A stretch of 57,618 nt of DNA, filler included, from Sphacelaria rigidula (lineage: Eukaryota), in the NCBI GenBank assembly GCA_964200075.2. It is 6 parts of 6 records of this genome, joined end to end, with 100 filler letters (N's around TTAATTAATTAA, not from the genome) between each part and the next. Parts side by side here need not be neighbours in the genome. Positions count along the whole stretch, not along the records: positions 9,622 to 19,141 come from CAXNAA020008304.1; positions 19,242 to 28,761 come from CAXNAA020008305.1; 4 more parts are not named here. One strand, given 5' to 3'. A program made the position numbers and the translations under genes. Positions 11,550-24,749 of the stretch are shown one piece after another (position 1 is the first letter of the stretch; each line of letters begins with the position of its first letter). The notes below the pieces were generated by a model. The model saw only the letters and a list, made by a program, of their open reading frames with translations, did not search any database and was not told the origin of the DNA.

Positions 11550-12350
11550 CTTGGCGCTTGTTGCGGGTGGCTCAAGAAAGAGCGCGGTTAGGGTGTGAAC
11601 GCGTGGGATTATCCCTTGTACCAGGGCTTCCGGACTAGAATCCAGAAGCAGTTCTACGGAAGCGCCTGGAACAAGATGCAAGGCGTGGTGTCTTCACATT
11701 TCTGGGTCTCTCGGCCTTTCGCGACATTTGGACATTTGGACTTGACGATTGCTCAAGTTTGTAGACTTGAATATGGCTGCTGAGGCTGCAAGTGAAACTA
11801 TGAAGAAAGTGGGCGGACCTCGAACCAAATGCTCATGTTCGGGTCGGTTCTAGATTTCGCTTGGTGCCATCATAATAACCCGTGCGCTGCGGACGGACCA
11901 TTCCTTGCTGAATTAGGCATGAACCTGAACCCGATACAGCGGTTCTCTCCTCAAACATTGAAATAATCGTTCACGAACTGCGTCCGAGTCTGCTGCACGT
12001 ATTAGGACGGCAAATGAATAGTCATGTGAACGACACCAGAAGTGTTCGAAGCGCTGTTTCGATAACGTACTCTCATTGTCCCCACCATACGCTCGCGCTG
12101 TATGTTGTTGCATGGGTACTCTTATGACTTCAACAAATACCCTTCGGTTTCCGTCTGAGATAACTGAAACAGAATTGATAGGGAACCTGCAAGCGTTGTC
12201 CATCTCGTGTTCATGGAATGTTACTAGCCTACAGTAGTTGAAGTTGTTGATACCTTTTTCTTTTCTAGATCCTCGCGCATTATGTGAACATGGGTAAGAT
12301 CATTGTACAGTAGCTCGATGTCAAGGTACTGGCTTCATGCGGACCGATCT
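11550..12350 (-). pseudogene. Possible highly decayed hAT-like (DUF659-type) transposase remnant
   Basis: ORF 11913-12203 reads ..DNACRFPINSVSVISDGNRRVFVEVI....QHTARAY...LIRAA, resembling the DGW.N...PI.N.....G..F...I.....HTA pattern of hAT catalytic domains. Surrounding frames are broken and the boundaries are approximate. Confidence 0.35.
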
Positions 12351-12967
12351 AACCGGTATTGCCAAATGTCTTCATGTGTTGCATGGACGTGAAATTTGGA
12401 CCCGAAACCTGCGGGACTCCTTCATTTATTGTGAAATATTCAACTCCTTTTTTTTCTCATTTTGTGGGGGTGTTCTTCTTGTTCGTGCCGTGCTTCCCGC
12501 CCTCGTTTCTTGCATGTGTCTCAGTAGTTCAAGAGAAAACAGAGACGTTTTAGACGTCAACCGCCGCGGGAAAATATCACTTGCATGAATAGCTCGAAAC
12601 TATATATATGCGATATAAACCAATCTCTATCAAAATTGTTATCTGCCAAGATCATTTCGATATTGAGCAAAATAAAACTAGGTCCTAATTGGGGTGTTCT
12701 CTGTGGTTCCAGAAGTAACCGAGCATGCCTAGAACGAAGAGAACGCCAAGTGGTATACAGCTCAAGCTGTCGATGGCGTAGGCATCGAATCGTACGCAGC
12801 TTAAGCGAAAAAACATACCTTCGAATACAGAACGATCATCTGCTGTTGATGACGTCGGGAGGGATGCTCAAGAGTCGCTCCTAGACCACCACATGTTGTC
12901 TTGAGGAGATCTGAGGCTTATGTGACAATATTCTGTTCGCTGCGTGTGTATACATATGATGTACAGG

Positions 12968-13225
12968 ACACTTTCTACGTAGCACCCCCTCTCCCCCCCC
13001 AAAACAAAGTGCCTGGTTTTGGGAGGCAAAATGTTCACGTCAATCGAAATGGAAAAAGCCGAGCACAACTAGCCGCTGGGAATTCCCACGCTTGGGTTCG
13101 TTCTCGCCAATGTCACCCTTATGAGGCGCTTCATTCAGTCTGAACTCAAACATCAGGCGCTGTATGACCATTTGTTTCGCGACACTTTTGAGCTGGTTTT
13201 TTAGGGGGGCTATCGCAGAAAGTGT
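12968..13225 (-). mobile_element. MITE with ACACTTTCTACGATAGCCCCCC-type TIRs
   Basis: Ends are acactttctacgtagc and ggggggctatcgcagaaagtgt. The interior is the reverse complement of 43847-44102. Confidence 0.9.
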
Positions 13226-13719
13226 GGCAGCAAACCCACATCATCATCTTTCTGTTTAAGGTTCAGCTCAGTGCCAGCCATCCCCTATAGCGCGATAATC
13301 ATCCTCGCAGAAAACATAAGCTACTTCCTGGTGCACGGGGGCAGTGCACACCCAAGAGATAGGGGAGCAGTCTGCCAAAAATATGATGGCAAACGTAAAA
13401 TGAAATCTGATGTACAATATAAGAAGTACGACCCAACTAAGGTACGGTATCATGGTTGCACGAGCTCTCCAACGCGCATAACTGTACGAGGCGGGGGAAT
13501 ATTTTTCTCAGTTCATCGGTGGGTGCAGACCACTAGCCTGAATTTATGTTCCTGGAAGTTCCAAACATAGTCAATTTCCCCAGCTGTACATAATTGTTGA
13601 TTAATAGTACCCGTTGGTAGCCAAAATACCCAAAGAAATACTATTTCCAGATCATCGCCTGCGAAAAAATGTTCCCATTGTTTTAAGGGTGCAATTTTTC
13701 GAAATTGACCGTGTACACC

Positions 13720-15700
13720 AACTGCGGTGGTGCACCGAGAGCCCGCTGTTGACGCATATCAGGGCGAAGAGAGTCCCCCAAGTATTTCGAAGGCCGAGCG
13801 GGCTCTTTGAGCCCTTGTGCGGTCCGCTGTCCGAAAAAAAAATGCTTTTCGAAAGGCGCTTTTCGTCCTATTGACCAAGGCCCGCCGCGAAAAATAGTGA
13901 GCGTTTACGGATGGTCGTCTCGATACGCTCACATCTGTTCATCCCGAGCACAGCTCCGTACGCAATAGTCTTGTGTTCGCTGCAGCAAGCTTCTCGCAAA
14001 ACAAGCTTACGGTGGACAGTATCCCGGCTGTCGATGTCCTCGAAGCGCAGCGTCCATATAGCAGACTTGTTCAGCATAGTGCCACCAAGTCTGCTTTGGG
14101 CAGCCGGAGTTCAGGAATACCCTGGCATGAAGGCGATCGTGAAGTTGGAAGGTATACTTTAGAGGGCGTGCCTCCGCAACTGCGCACTGGTGCTGACGCA
14201 GTGTGTGATTTCGAACAAATTGATCGCCCCTGCGTTGACAGCAGCGAGGTGGACAAGCTCAGCTGTATGTCTGCTTTACCCTTGGCCTGCCGCCTCAATT
14301 TGCGGTGTAGTGTCTGAGGTCTCCGGGAACCTGGGTACTGACCACAAGCTCATGGCCTCTATGTCGTTCTACGATACCGTTAGTCCGAACTCGCGACAGA
14401 CCACCACTGTCACAGTCATTACCTAAAGAAGCCTGCTTGGGGACCTCGAGACTATTCTTACGTCATCCGCGGGCAGCATTACCCACACCGCGCGTTACAC
14501 ACCCGTCTCTCTAGCAGCGTTTCCTTTTTGCAGCATCCAGATCCACCCAGTTTGAGGGGATGGCCGGATATACTGCAAAACGCTATACAATTACGGCGAC
14601 TGCGCCGAAGGAGCAGACTAGTGGTCACGAAGCACATCCTTGCCCAAATCCCCAGCAGATGATACTACTCTTATGTTCAGCCACCATTGAGCCGTGTCTG
14701 AGCTTTCATGATATCGTGCTACACGGATGGCTTTGATAATCCGCAGAGGAACGTCGCAACGAGCAACTACTTTTCATACGAACGCGCGGTCATAGGTGCC
14801 CTACACCTTCAAACCGTGTATACCCAGTGGGACTCTACTGGCTCATCCCATCTCCCACTCTACTCTGCTGTTCGCTGACATGCTGGGATTTACCCCCATG
14901 TCTTATTCACATGGTGCTTCCCCCTCCTCCAAAATTGCCTATCGGTCGTGTTGTGTGGATTTTATCCCATCAAAGCAGATGGCGAATGTCTGCAGAAGAT
15001 TTATAAACGTTTGGCACTGGTGACACCGAGATGTACCCCTGCTTGCGATGTGACCAGAGGATCTTGGCTTCAAGTGGCAGTCAGAACAACGCGATCCGGA
15101 GTAGAATTGCAAGAGAGTGACAGAACTACCGACCTGGTTCGCCTGTATAAAACAATGAGTACGTAACCACACCTTCATTCCTCTCGAAAATACAACGGCA
15201 ACTGGCCCGAAAACGACACTTCGAAATCTCGCATGAGATCAGAACTAGTGGCAAGGAACACGCTAGTCTTGGCCACAAGTAGGCAAGACAGACGTCCAAA
15301 TACTGCTGCTAGGTAGCCAGCAACCAGCAGGTACAACCAAACCAAGTCGGACGCTGCATATCCTGTGCTTGATGTCTAGAATTGCCGTCGGTCAGAGTAG
15401 TATATTTAGCCAGAACGTGGAACGGAATGCTCGTCGGCATTGCTACCGGCGCTCGAGTAGGGTGTTGCAATACAGCGTTCGCTTAACAGAGCTGTCGGGC
15501 TGGGCGTTCTTTGGATTGACGCAAAGGTGCCAGTGTTGATTGTACTTGTCACGTTGCCTTGGACGGCTTCTTTGTGTTGCTCTCGTTCCGAAGTACCCAC
15601 CCGCCAAGCGCCTCATGGCTATGGTGATGCGTAGCTCCCACTGATACAAACATCCCGTCGTCGCAGACGGTGGATATGAGGATATATGTGGGTGATTGCT
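13720..15700 (-). mobile_element. Decayed RTE-clade LINE (reverse transcriptase and probable endonuclease remnants)
   Basis: Minus strand gives KVVARCDVPLRIIKAIR, then MLPADDVRIVSRSPSRLL*VMTVTVVVCREFGLTVS (YADD equivalent at ~14460-14479), IEAAGQ, and HRKLVLR...IETTIRKRSLFFAAGLGQ*DEKRLSK. This is the order and wording of RTE-type ORFs. Many stops and frameshifts; the 5' limit is approximate. Confidence 0.85.
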
Positions 15701-16277
15701 TCATGATATTACCACGCGCTCCTCGGTAAGACATCGGCTACTCTGGTGCAATATACACACCGTATAAGCACTGTTCGCCCAGAAAGAGATTAGAGATGGG
15801 AAACTCGGGGTGATCGGAGATCCGCCGAGCAAAGTGTAGGCAACGAAAAAGCACGCCAGCAGTGAGAAAGAATGAAGACTTCAGGCCTGGAGCCTAACCT
15901 CGCGTTTCTTATTGGCGTAGGGTTAGGGTTAGGAGGTCTGCAGCAAGAGGACTTTACAAGCTCACGGATATATTCTGTGCGGGACCTGCTGGTAAAAGGG
16001 CTAGCTCAATCCTAACTTGGGCACACAACAAACGCAGTTGTTCTGTGAAGCGGTGTGCGGAAACATCCTCCTCGCGAAATAAGCTACATCTACGGATCCC
16101 TTCTATATAAGTCACAAACATTCACGAAGAGGCGCGTGACCAGCAACGCCGGGGGCGCGCGGGGGGGTACTTATTTCTCCCTTACCTCAGTCATTTGACC
16201 ATCGGCCACGAGTCCCTTGCGAGAGAATGAGAGGGGGGGGACATGTGGATACTAGATTATGAAAACGATACAACATC

Positions 16278-16510
16278 GCCACCGCGCTCCGTTAGCTTAG
16301 TGGTTGATTTCTCAAATTGTGAAAAGAGCTAAGGGTTCGAGTCTCAACAGATCCGCCTTTTCTCTGAGAATACGCCTGGTTTCCGCCGTTGAAAACGTGA
16401 AGGCGTGGGTAGCAACAATAATTTCCGTGAGGAGAATCGATGTGGTGCGAGAGTGCTGATTCAATCCGCGATACCAAAGTATTGGGCGTGCACCGGGTGA
16501 AGGGTCGATA
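16278..16510 (+). mobile_element. Degenerate tRNA-derived SINE
   Basis: A-box-like TAGCTTAGTGG and B-box GGTTCGAGTC, followed by the core gtgcgagagtgctgattcaatccgcgataccaaa shared with 35562-35870, 52220-52519 and 52825-53116. Confidence 0.7.
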
Positions 16511-18599
16511 GAAAGGTCGATAGAATGCACTCATCCTGATAAAGCGGAGAGGTTGAAAGTACGGCGCAAGATAAGCGGAAACAAACCCCGCAACTATCTG
16601 TCGAGGGTTCATCATTTTCTCGCCGTCGTATTTGCCGAAGCAAGAATACGATCAGAAAAAAAATTCCCCTCATGAATTACATGCCAGAGGTTGACCACGA
16701 CCAGTATGAAAAAGAACGATGGGTGTATGAAAGATATGCGTACGCTAACCCTAACCCTAACTCCCGATAGATGTATTTTGTCTTTTCAATGACGAGCGAT
16801 TGGTGAAACCCGTCGGACACAGCCTTTGCTGGGGAATCTTGAGTGGCAGCAACTGAGCGTACATTTTGCACCCTTGCTCCGAATAACACTGGGAGAGACA
16901 AAACTGTACTGTGTCCTAGTTGGATCAGATTTGCGCACGACACATTCGATCTGATGTTCATTATTCGATAACACCGTTTGTGGACTGCACCCTACCGTTT
17001 CAGGGCAAGTGCCGACCACCCACGCAACGTTTTTAGTCAGTCAGCGCGCGTTTCCAGAGGACACGCAGGAACTGTGATCATGGCACCCACAAAATCGATT
17101 TATTTTTCTTCGTTGTTTGCCGTTCACGAAGCTTATAATGACAAACGATAGAAGGACCAGCCATGCGTTCTTTTTTGCTGAGTGTTTTGAGTTTGCCAGC
17201 GTACCGGTGATTTCGGGGAACGTAGTCGACGACTGTAAACCGACGACAGCTAGTGCACACCGGGTGTCGGGTGATGAGGTCTGAACTGGACAAAGGGGGG
17301 GAGTATGCAAACACACGCCTCACGCCATTTCTTATATTGACAAAGAAGACCTCTGTTTTTTTCACGTGTTCTTGAAACTTGTACGTTAGAGAGTTGCGGT
17401 AACGCGTTTTTTCGTCGACTCAACGTCTGTCATGGTACATATCATGGATTTAGAACTCGAGGAAAATTGCCATATTTCTCTCCGGTTGTGAGTTTTGCAT
17501 GTGTTACGTGGAGGAAATAGAGTTTTCGAAGTGTTAACACCATGAATTATGCAGGCTGATCAAAGTCATGCTGAGAAAAAAGGCGTTTTCGAAACTCTAG
17601 TGTCATATTCTCTGAAGGGTGGAGCATGCATGAAGGGTGGAGCATGCACTCTTGGCGATGGCAAAATATTTGTCCAAGATTTCCAAAAATACACACGCAC
17701 TTTCGATCATCGAAGAAGCATGGTGATCCAAGAACCCATTCCACCTATATTTTGATAACGCCGCTTGGTATAATTCCCCCTTATTGGTGTCCCCATAATG
17801 AAAAACAGGTGTGCAACACATAACACACCACCCTGCGCCGATCAAAGACACGTGAGAACAATCAGGGTCGGGGTGAATGTTGCGCCATGCTCAGGTGTTT
17901 GTCCAAGGTCCGTTGTTTCGAGCTGTGAAAGGAGCTGTGAGATCGTGAAATCGCGATTCGCTGTTCGTGTAGAGTACGAGATGGAATCGAAGGCAGTGCC
18001 GCCGCGATAAGCAGGACATCACGCTTTTTTTCAATGCTCTTAAAAAGCTACCGTCTGTCTTCGCAGCCGAAAGGCCGCTGAAGCTGTCAGTGGTGATGTT
18101 GGCGCCGATACAGATTGCCGCTTTTATCCAAATAGTGGATCAGATTACAGGAGAGAAACAAGTCGCGTTGCTTTCATCACCGCATCATTTTCGTCTTTCT
18201 GGCTCGCGGGCGACTTATCCCAATCTCTCGAAGACAGTGCAAACCCTCTCGAATGGAGTCCGGTAAAACGCTGTCAACATGAACCGATTTTCATAGCTCT
18301 AACTCGTTCTCCGCCCCTGTCAAATTTGGGCTAGAGTAAATTACATAACGGCTATGGTGCAGTATTTCTTCATTTATATACCACCAGGTGTGATTGTGCA
18401 GTCTCCCGGATTTGGGAGCATTCTATTAAATGTACACGGCGACAATAAAAGCATGGCTGGTACCGTTTGAAAGCTGAGAGCGGCGGATTTCCGGCACGCA
18501 TGATGTGCGGTTCACCGTGGCGAATAAATTAAGAGCAGGATCCTAAGATTGGATGTCACGATTGCAAACTCCCGATTGGGGTTGGTGATCTTTTCCTCA

Positions 18600-19040
18600 C
18601 CCCGTACCCCATAGATTCATTCTCGGTCATGGCTGCCCTTGCTGTATTTATATGCTCAAGTTTTGCTACACACTCGTTTATTTCCCGTCGGGTGAACTCT
18701 CTCTGCAACTCTTGTGGACCACTTTCTTCCCTATTTTTTGATGCCACTATCCTTGCGTGTGACGTTGGTTTCTGTCTTGAATTCCGCGTCGAACCTCTTG
18801 TTTGTTGGTGTTCCTAGTTTTCGGTAGTGCTCTACCAGTAATTCTCTTTTCCCCTTCGCAATACTGACCATTTACCGCTATGCGCTCTTTTGTGGGTATT
18901 CCCTTGTTTGCCTCCCCTGCTTGTTTGCCCAGTGTCCTTCTATCCCTACCAATCTTTACCTCATCCCACCCTCGAAGTCTTCATTTGTTTGATGAACAAT
19001 ATATTTCTGCAATCCCTTTTATTCCTTCTCTTTCGTCTTT
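18600..19040 (-). mobile_element. LINE ORF2 fragment (region just upstream of the RT domain), decayed
   Basis: Reads GKRELLVEHYRKLGTPTNKRFDAEF and ELQREFTRREINECVAKL...ENESMGYG, resembling the F(T/S)..E...........KA.G.D.I.NE.LK.G pre-RT segment of non-LTR retrotransposons. Confidence 0.6.
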
Positions 19041-19141
19041 TTAATCTGCAGTGGGGGGGGGGGGGGGGGGGGGTTCCCCTTTTTTGTTTTCCTTGTAAAG
19101 TTACAAATTGGCCACCCCCCCCCCCCGGGGCGGGAGCAAAA

Positions 19142-19241
19142 NNNNNNNNNNNNNNNNNNNNNNNNNNNNNNNNNNNNNNNNNNNNTTAATTAATTAANNN
19201 NNNNNNNNNNNNNNNNNNNNNNNNNNNNNNNNNNNNNNNNN
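19142..19241. other. Artificial contig linker
   Basis: 44 N + TTAATTAATTAA + 44 N. Confidence 0.98.
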
Positions 19242-22200
19242 GTAGCTCCCCCGAGTTCAACGGAGAGAGAAAAGAAAGACAAAACAAACAAACAAACAAA
19301 CAACAAACGCCAGATATCACCTTGAAAAAATACGCTTTGGCTGTTTTTCGCCGGCGTTGGCCTATTCATGTGCTTTAGTTATTGCGGAACTGCAATATCC
19401 GACAAATGTTATATTTGGTTCTCCACAAAATCCGCCGAACGTCCTACCGTACAGGCTTGACCCCAAGGCCATTTGTGATGTGTCAAATATTTATGTGGTT
19501 GGCTGTTGATATTCCGCTGTCGATTTTCAGCCACCGCGAGGGTTGGGCGGATGTTGGCACCTGGGAACGACAAGCTTTTTTCGTCGACACCCTTGTAGAG
19601 GACCTTGGTAGCCCCCACAACACTTTCTTTGTGGCCGAAACCGCACTCTCCATCACAGGGGTGGTCACGTAGCAAGAAAAATGAAGACCGGAGAACCTTT
19701 GCGTTTTGTGTACGTGACAGTTTCGTTTACGGCCGAAGTTGCAATTCCAATAACAAACGATCAAGATGTTGCTAACAAATTCGTTTTTTCTTGTTAGAAG
19801 CCAATTCGTTTTTTTGTTCTGTTTCATGCATTTCATTGAGTCAACCGCTTTTTGCTGAGATGGTAATTTCGGGCACGACCACAATTGTTAAATAACCCCG
19901 AAACGGTAAAATCGCTGCGGCACGGTATCAACGCAGGGATACGATCGTTCGGAGGTGTCAACCTCAGTCTAAACCTCATGTTCGGGATAATTACTCATAG
20001 GACGGCCAAACACGCGACTTCCACCGAGACACTTTCTTACACGCGATAAGTGGCCTAACAGAGATATTTTCTGTGGGTAGAACAAAGAAATACGAAAAAA
20101 ATGCGTCCGTTAAACCTAACCTTTGTGACGATATCGACATAATACTTCGCGTACACACACACCCACACTGGGGTGCAGTTTCGCATCTGCGCGATACCGC
20201 AGCCCGCAGTGCTTCTTGATGTACACACCATTGGTACGAGAGACCATCTGAGGGTGAGCTATCGCGGCCAAGACCCGACGCGTTTGCGGACCCTGCACTT
20301 GTTGCCATCGTACTGGGTGGGGGGTGGCCGAAGGGGTGCAAATAGGACGGCGGTAACTCGCCGCATCTGTGATATGCGGCGTAACCGCATGGCGTATTCT
20401 TCCACGGTTTAGTACTGCATTTTCCACTTTTGAAGTGTTACTTTTTGGATTCCTCCAGCGTGTCCACACCATCTGGCTTCAAACTTGGCACAGAGGTACA
20501 GCACAATACAGACATCATATAACCTGTTCGGCGGCCCGTGAACAGGAGTGCGGATTGAACACAGAGCGAACACGGATTGCGGGTTATGTCGTCCATACGC
20601 CATGAAAACGGCGTCTCTGCTGCCCGGACCGCGTGAGACACCGCTGGATGCATGTGCTAACACGCGGGTGCGCTCACTTTCACGTCATGACCTACTACCC
20701 AGCTTCTGCCCCGTCAAACAAACATCGATCTGTACCTGCACACATTCGGTATCATGACATTCTGTGCGGTGCACATTTTCCTATTGTCTGTAAAGGTCAT
20801 CAAATCAGGAGGCACGACCATGCACACGCTGTCGGCACCTCTACGCGCTGAAACTTAGGCCGCATGTCATGTAGACCATACGCAACAACCTCATGTTGCT
20901 GAATCCGGGGTTGCGTTGTGGGTGCGTGCGTATCGGGGCGAAAAAATGTCGGATTCTGTTCCGAATCGTGTTTTTTTTCTTTCGGCGCAACACTGGAACT
21001 CCGTGTTGTTTTACTCACTACCTTGTCTCTCGAGCTCCTATATTTTTCAGGCAGACCGAATTTGTTCGTTTGTGCACATCCCGACCAGCTCGTGGGAACG
21101 TTACTCTCTCTTGGTTTCTTGGCGTCTCTCTCTCTTTCTCAGTGTTTATTTTGCTTCATCTTTTGGGGTCTCAGAGGAAGCTACCCACTAAGTGCTTTCA
21201 TCTCTTGTGAGGACTAGTGGTGATGGTACTGGGAAGGCGAGCGCACGGCTGTGACTACGGGTCGGAGAGATCGGGCTAATGTGCGGAACCAATGACAATC
21301 ATTTAGGCTTTTTTCTTCACGATTTGAATTCCACTTATGTAGTCGCTTCACGAGTGGGCTGTGGTACACGTGGGGAAGTAATTGCTTCTTTTGCAATACT
21401 ACTGAACATGAATGATCTCCGATTCTGTTGGGCGCGATGTAAGGTTGTTTTACACGGTGCAGTGGCTGCACTCCTATTATACTTTTACAGAACAGTTTGC
21501 GCCGCACAAGCCAACTACGCTAGACGGTACTGATGCATACCATACTGGGCTGCACCGATACCATCACACCAAGTAGGTGTAGTCTATCGTCTTATGCTGT
21601 ATTGTACTGAACTGCACACTATTCTGCACCGTATCATATAGGTTCATTTAGATGTTTCCTCCTGTTGTATGTACTGTACTACACCGCTTTCCACCATAGT
21701 GTACTGTTCGCAGCCTGTACAGCCTGTACAGGTGAGTGCACTATTGGTCTGCAACACCGTAGTCATACTGTACGCTGTCCCGTTCTGAGCGTATCGTATA
21801 CTGTTACGTAGTATTACACGTACATCATGAATGGCAGTAGTACAGCCACCAAATACAATACCGTCGTGAATATACAGACCTAGCTGTATACTAGTGTACT
21901 TAGTGCGTACCGGCTCCATACTGACCCAACTAGTAGCGACCGTGACCGTGTCTTGATTTTCGGTAGACTCATGGGAAGCTGCTTGACCCCCAACACGCAG
22001 ACGTCCGCAGCTACTATGCATACCTCACCTACTCACCTGCGTGCATATGTGCGATTGTGCTGTGGATGGGCGGTTGAGAGAAAATCTGCGTTACCGTACA
22101 GTGTTCGACACTGATTGACAGCAACAACTCACGTAGGCCTCATCTGTGACAGCGCAGTAATGCGTACAAAGTTTGCTAGGTCAACATCCTAGAATCTCGC

Positions 22201-22600
22201 AGCTGAGACTCTTGATTGGATAGAACTCGCCGCATTTTATGTAGAAGGCAGAGGAAAGTCAAATACATAATGAATCAGAGAAGGGTTCGTATAGCCAACT
22301 GGAGCAGGACTATTGACTCACCGCACACGTGCTGGTAGGCAGCTGCCGCTGCTGATATATGTGTAGAAAATGTCAAACTTATCGGGAAGGCAGACTCTCT
22401 TACTCTGGACTGTAGATAGTACAACACAGCCCCACTGATGGAAAACTCTTATTTCGGATAGAACCCCATAGTCCACTTATTCTCGGAATAATCTTAACGG
22501 GGTATTTTTAAATATTCTATTTCACCCTGGGATGTCTCCGATATTTGTGGGCAGAGTCTACTTGTGCTTTCTCCGAAAACTGTGGGAGCAGGTTTCTTAA

Positions 22601-22802
22601 CCCTTTGAGCGTCGGGCCTGGTTTCGGTACAAATACTTTGGCCGACAGTCCAGCCGGAATGTGAGTCCATGTATGAGTGTTGAACCTGAAAATATGAAAC
22701 AATATTCGTCGGACAACAGCGGAGACAGTACTGACTGTACTGCCTGCAGCCTGTACTGCTGTACTGTCTGCACTGCCTTCACACAGTAGAAACTAGAAAG
22801 GG
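22601..22802. mobile_element. Possible piggyBac-like MITE (CCCTTT...AAAGGG between TTAA sites)
   Basis: TTAA at 22597-22600 and 22803-22806 flank CCCTTT and AAAGGG. The TIR match is only 6 bp. Confidence 0.5.
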
Positions 22803-24749
22803 TTAAGCAACGTACAGCACAAATGACACAGTACCGCCATGTGTCCTGTCGGCATACTGTAGGATGGAAATGAGATTTAAACTACTTCCTTTTATGTCTG
22901 CAGAGGGCAGAATTATACAGTATGAAACATATTCAAACAATATGAAGCGCACAGTATCGTCGATGTCTGTTGTGTCTGGATACAGTAGGATGCAGATAAC
23001 TGTGCGTATACAGCAGTACAACGGTCTGCGGACAATGAATACTAGCACCGCGGTGAATGAAGTGGCGCCCAGGAAGTGAGTAGGCATGGCGACCCCCACA
23101 ATCACCAACCAGACGCCATTGCTCCGGTGTCTATTGCTGGTACTAGGGCAATGTGTTGTGCGGCGAAGCGTGGGCGATGAACTTCTGACGGTCGCCTTTG
23201 AAAAACACAGGAGAAGGCACCGCGTGGTGTTCCCCGTCATCGTTCTCACCAAATCAACAAGGTCTTCTCGAAAATGGGGTTCAGCGTTGCGGTGGGCTTC
23301 AACCTGCCCTGAGAAGTTTCATATTTTCGTTCAAACAGTTAGACTAACGGAAATAGTTTGGACTAAATACCGTTTCGTGATATTGAGGGTACTGTAGCGC
23401 GCTGATTGAGAGTGGTTTTGATCACTCGCTTCAAGTCGGCCAATTTTTCATTGCGTGTGTGCTTTGTTTTGCCTCCATCACTTGCGTGAGCTCAAAGCTA
23501 CACGTCGATATCCTACTCAGGGATAGTAAGGGCCTCAGCGGCGAACTACTCCAGAAATCATATTAAGCCTCGTGAAGGGGCATTTTGGAACTGAAACGAT
23601 TCATTCCCTGATTGGCCGCGTTTCACTCTCAATCGTATCCTCTACTCTCCATTTTACGAAAAAACTGTCACTGGCAGTTTGTTTCTGTTAGAAGCTAAAC
23701 AGCTGTTGCCATGTGTACCCAAGTAATGCGCTGTACACGTATGTTGATGACGATGCCAGCGGAGGAGCGATGACGGAGAAGAAGCTCATGCTTACTCGTG
23801 TGCATTGTATGTCTTCGTTCCGCGACCAATGTACTCGCTTGTCGTCTGTCGCGCTGACCGATGCAAAGGCCACTTCACAGACGATCCTCCAAAATGAGGT
23901 GAAACACAAAAATAAGCTTCAAACTGCATAACTAGAAAATAGATTTGGTGCCAGACATCATGCTAAGGGAAAGCAGCCTCCCAGAAAATATCCTGCAGCG
24001 GTGCTGGATGCACCGAATGAACGCGGTGTACACGCATGTAGATAATGAAATCACCGGAGGAGCAACGGCGGAGAGGGAATTCGTCGCCCGTGTAATTTGA
24101 GTGTCCTCGTTTGGCGATTCCCAATCGCTGGAGAGAGGACCATGGGGTTACCAGCACATACCCAATTTTCCATGCGCCGGCATGGGTTTTATTGCTACAA
24201 AGCCCCCGAAAGAACATCGAGGTGCCAAGGGGTGTCGCATCTTGACTGACATAATCTTCTCTTCTTGTCTGTGGCGCTGACGTATGCAAGGATCGAATCC
24301 TCTCTGCTTCTCTTCTTGAACAGGATGCGCCTCTGTGCGCTCCAGAACACATCGTCGGAAAGCAGGGCGATGTTCCCGTCACCGCTGCTATGCTCTCTCC
24401 CTCTCTCCCTCTTACACACACAGACATACCAGCAAGGACAATGTTGCGGCAATAAGATCAAATTGCAACTTGAGGAGTGATACTGTCCTGGTTGATTTTA
24501 CCCGACCTCTGCACCATGTGTGCACAAGGAGGACAAGATTCTGCCACACCTCAGCTGTGGGGACGTGTGAGAGATCAAACACTCGTGGAGACCTTCTTAG
24601 CATGCGGGGTGAGAAAAGATACCTTTGGCGGTGAACTAACGGTCACTGGCGTGACCCATATAGGGACTGCCGTCCTGTGATCTGAGTTGCTCCGATGCAC
24701 AACCGGTCGCGTGCTCAACAGGTTGTGTGTGTTTGTGTGTGTATTTTTC

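Noticed and set aside
19242..24740. Protein-coding genes among the many short ORFs
   Set aside because: No recognisable domains or consistent splice-phase chains were found. The region looks like decayed repeat and TACTGT-rich sequence that I cannot classify.
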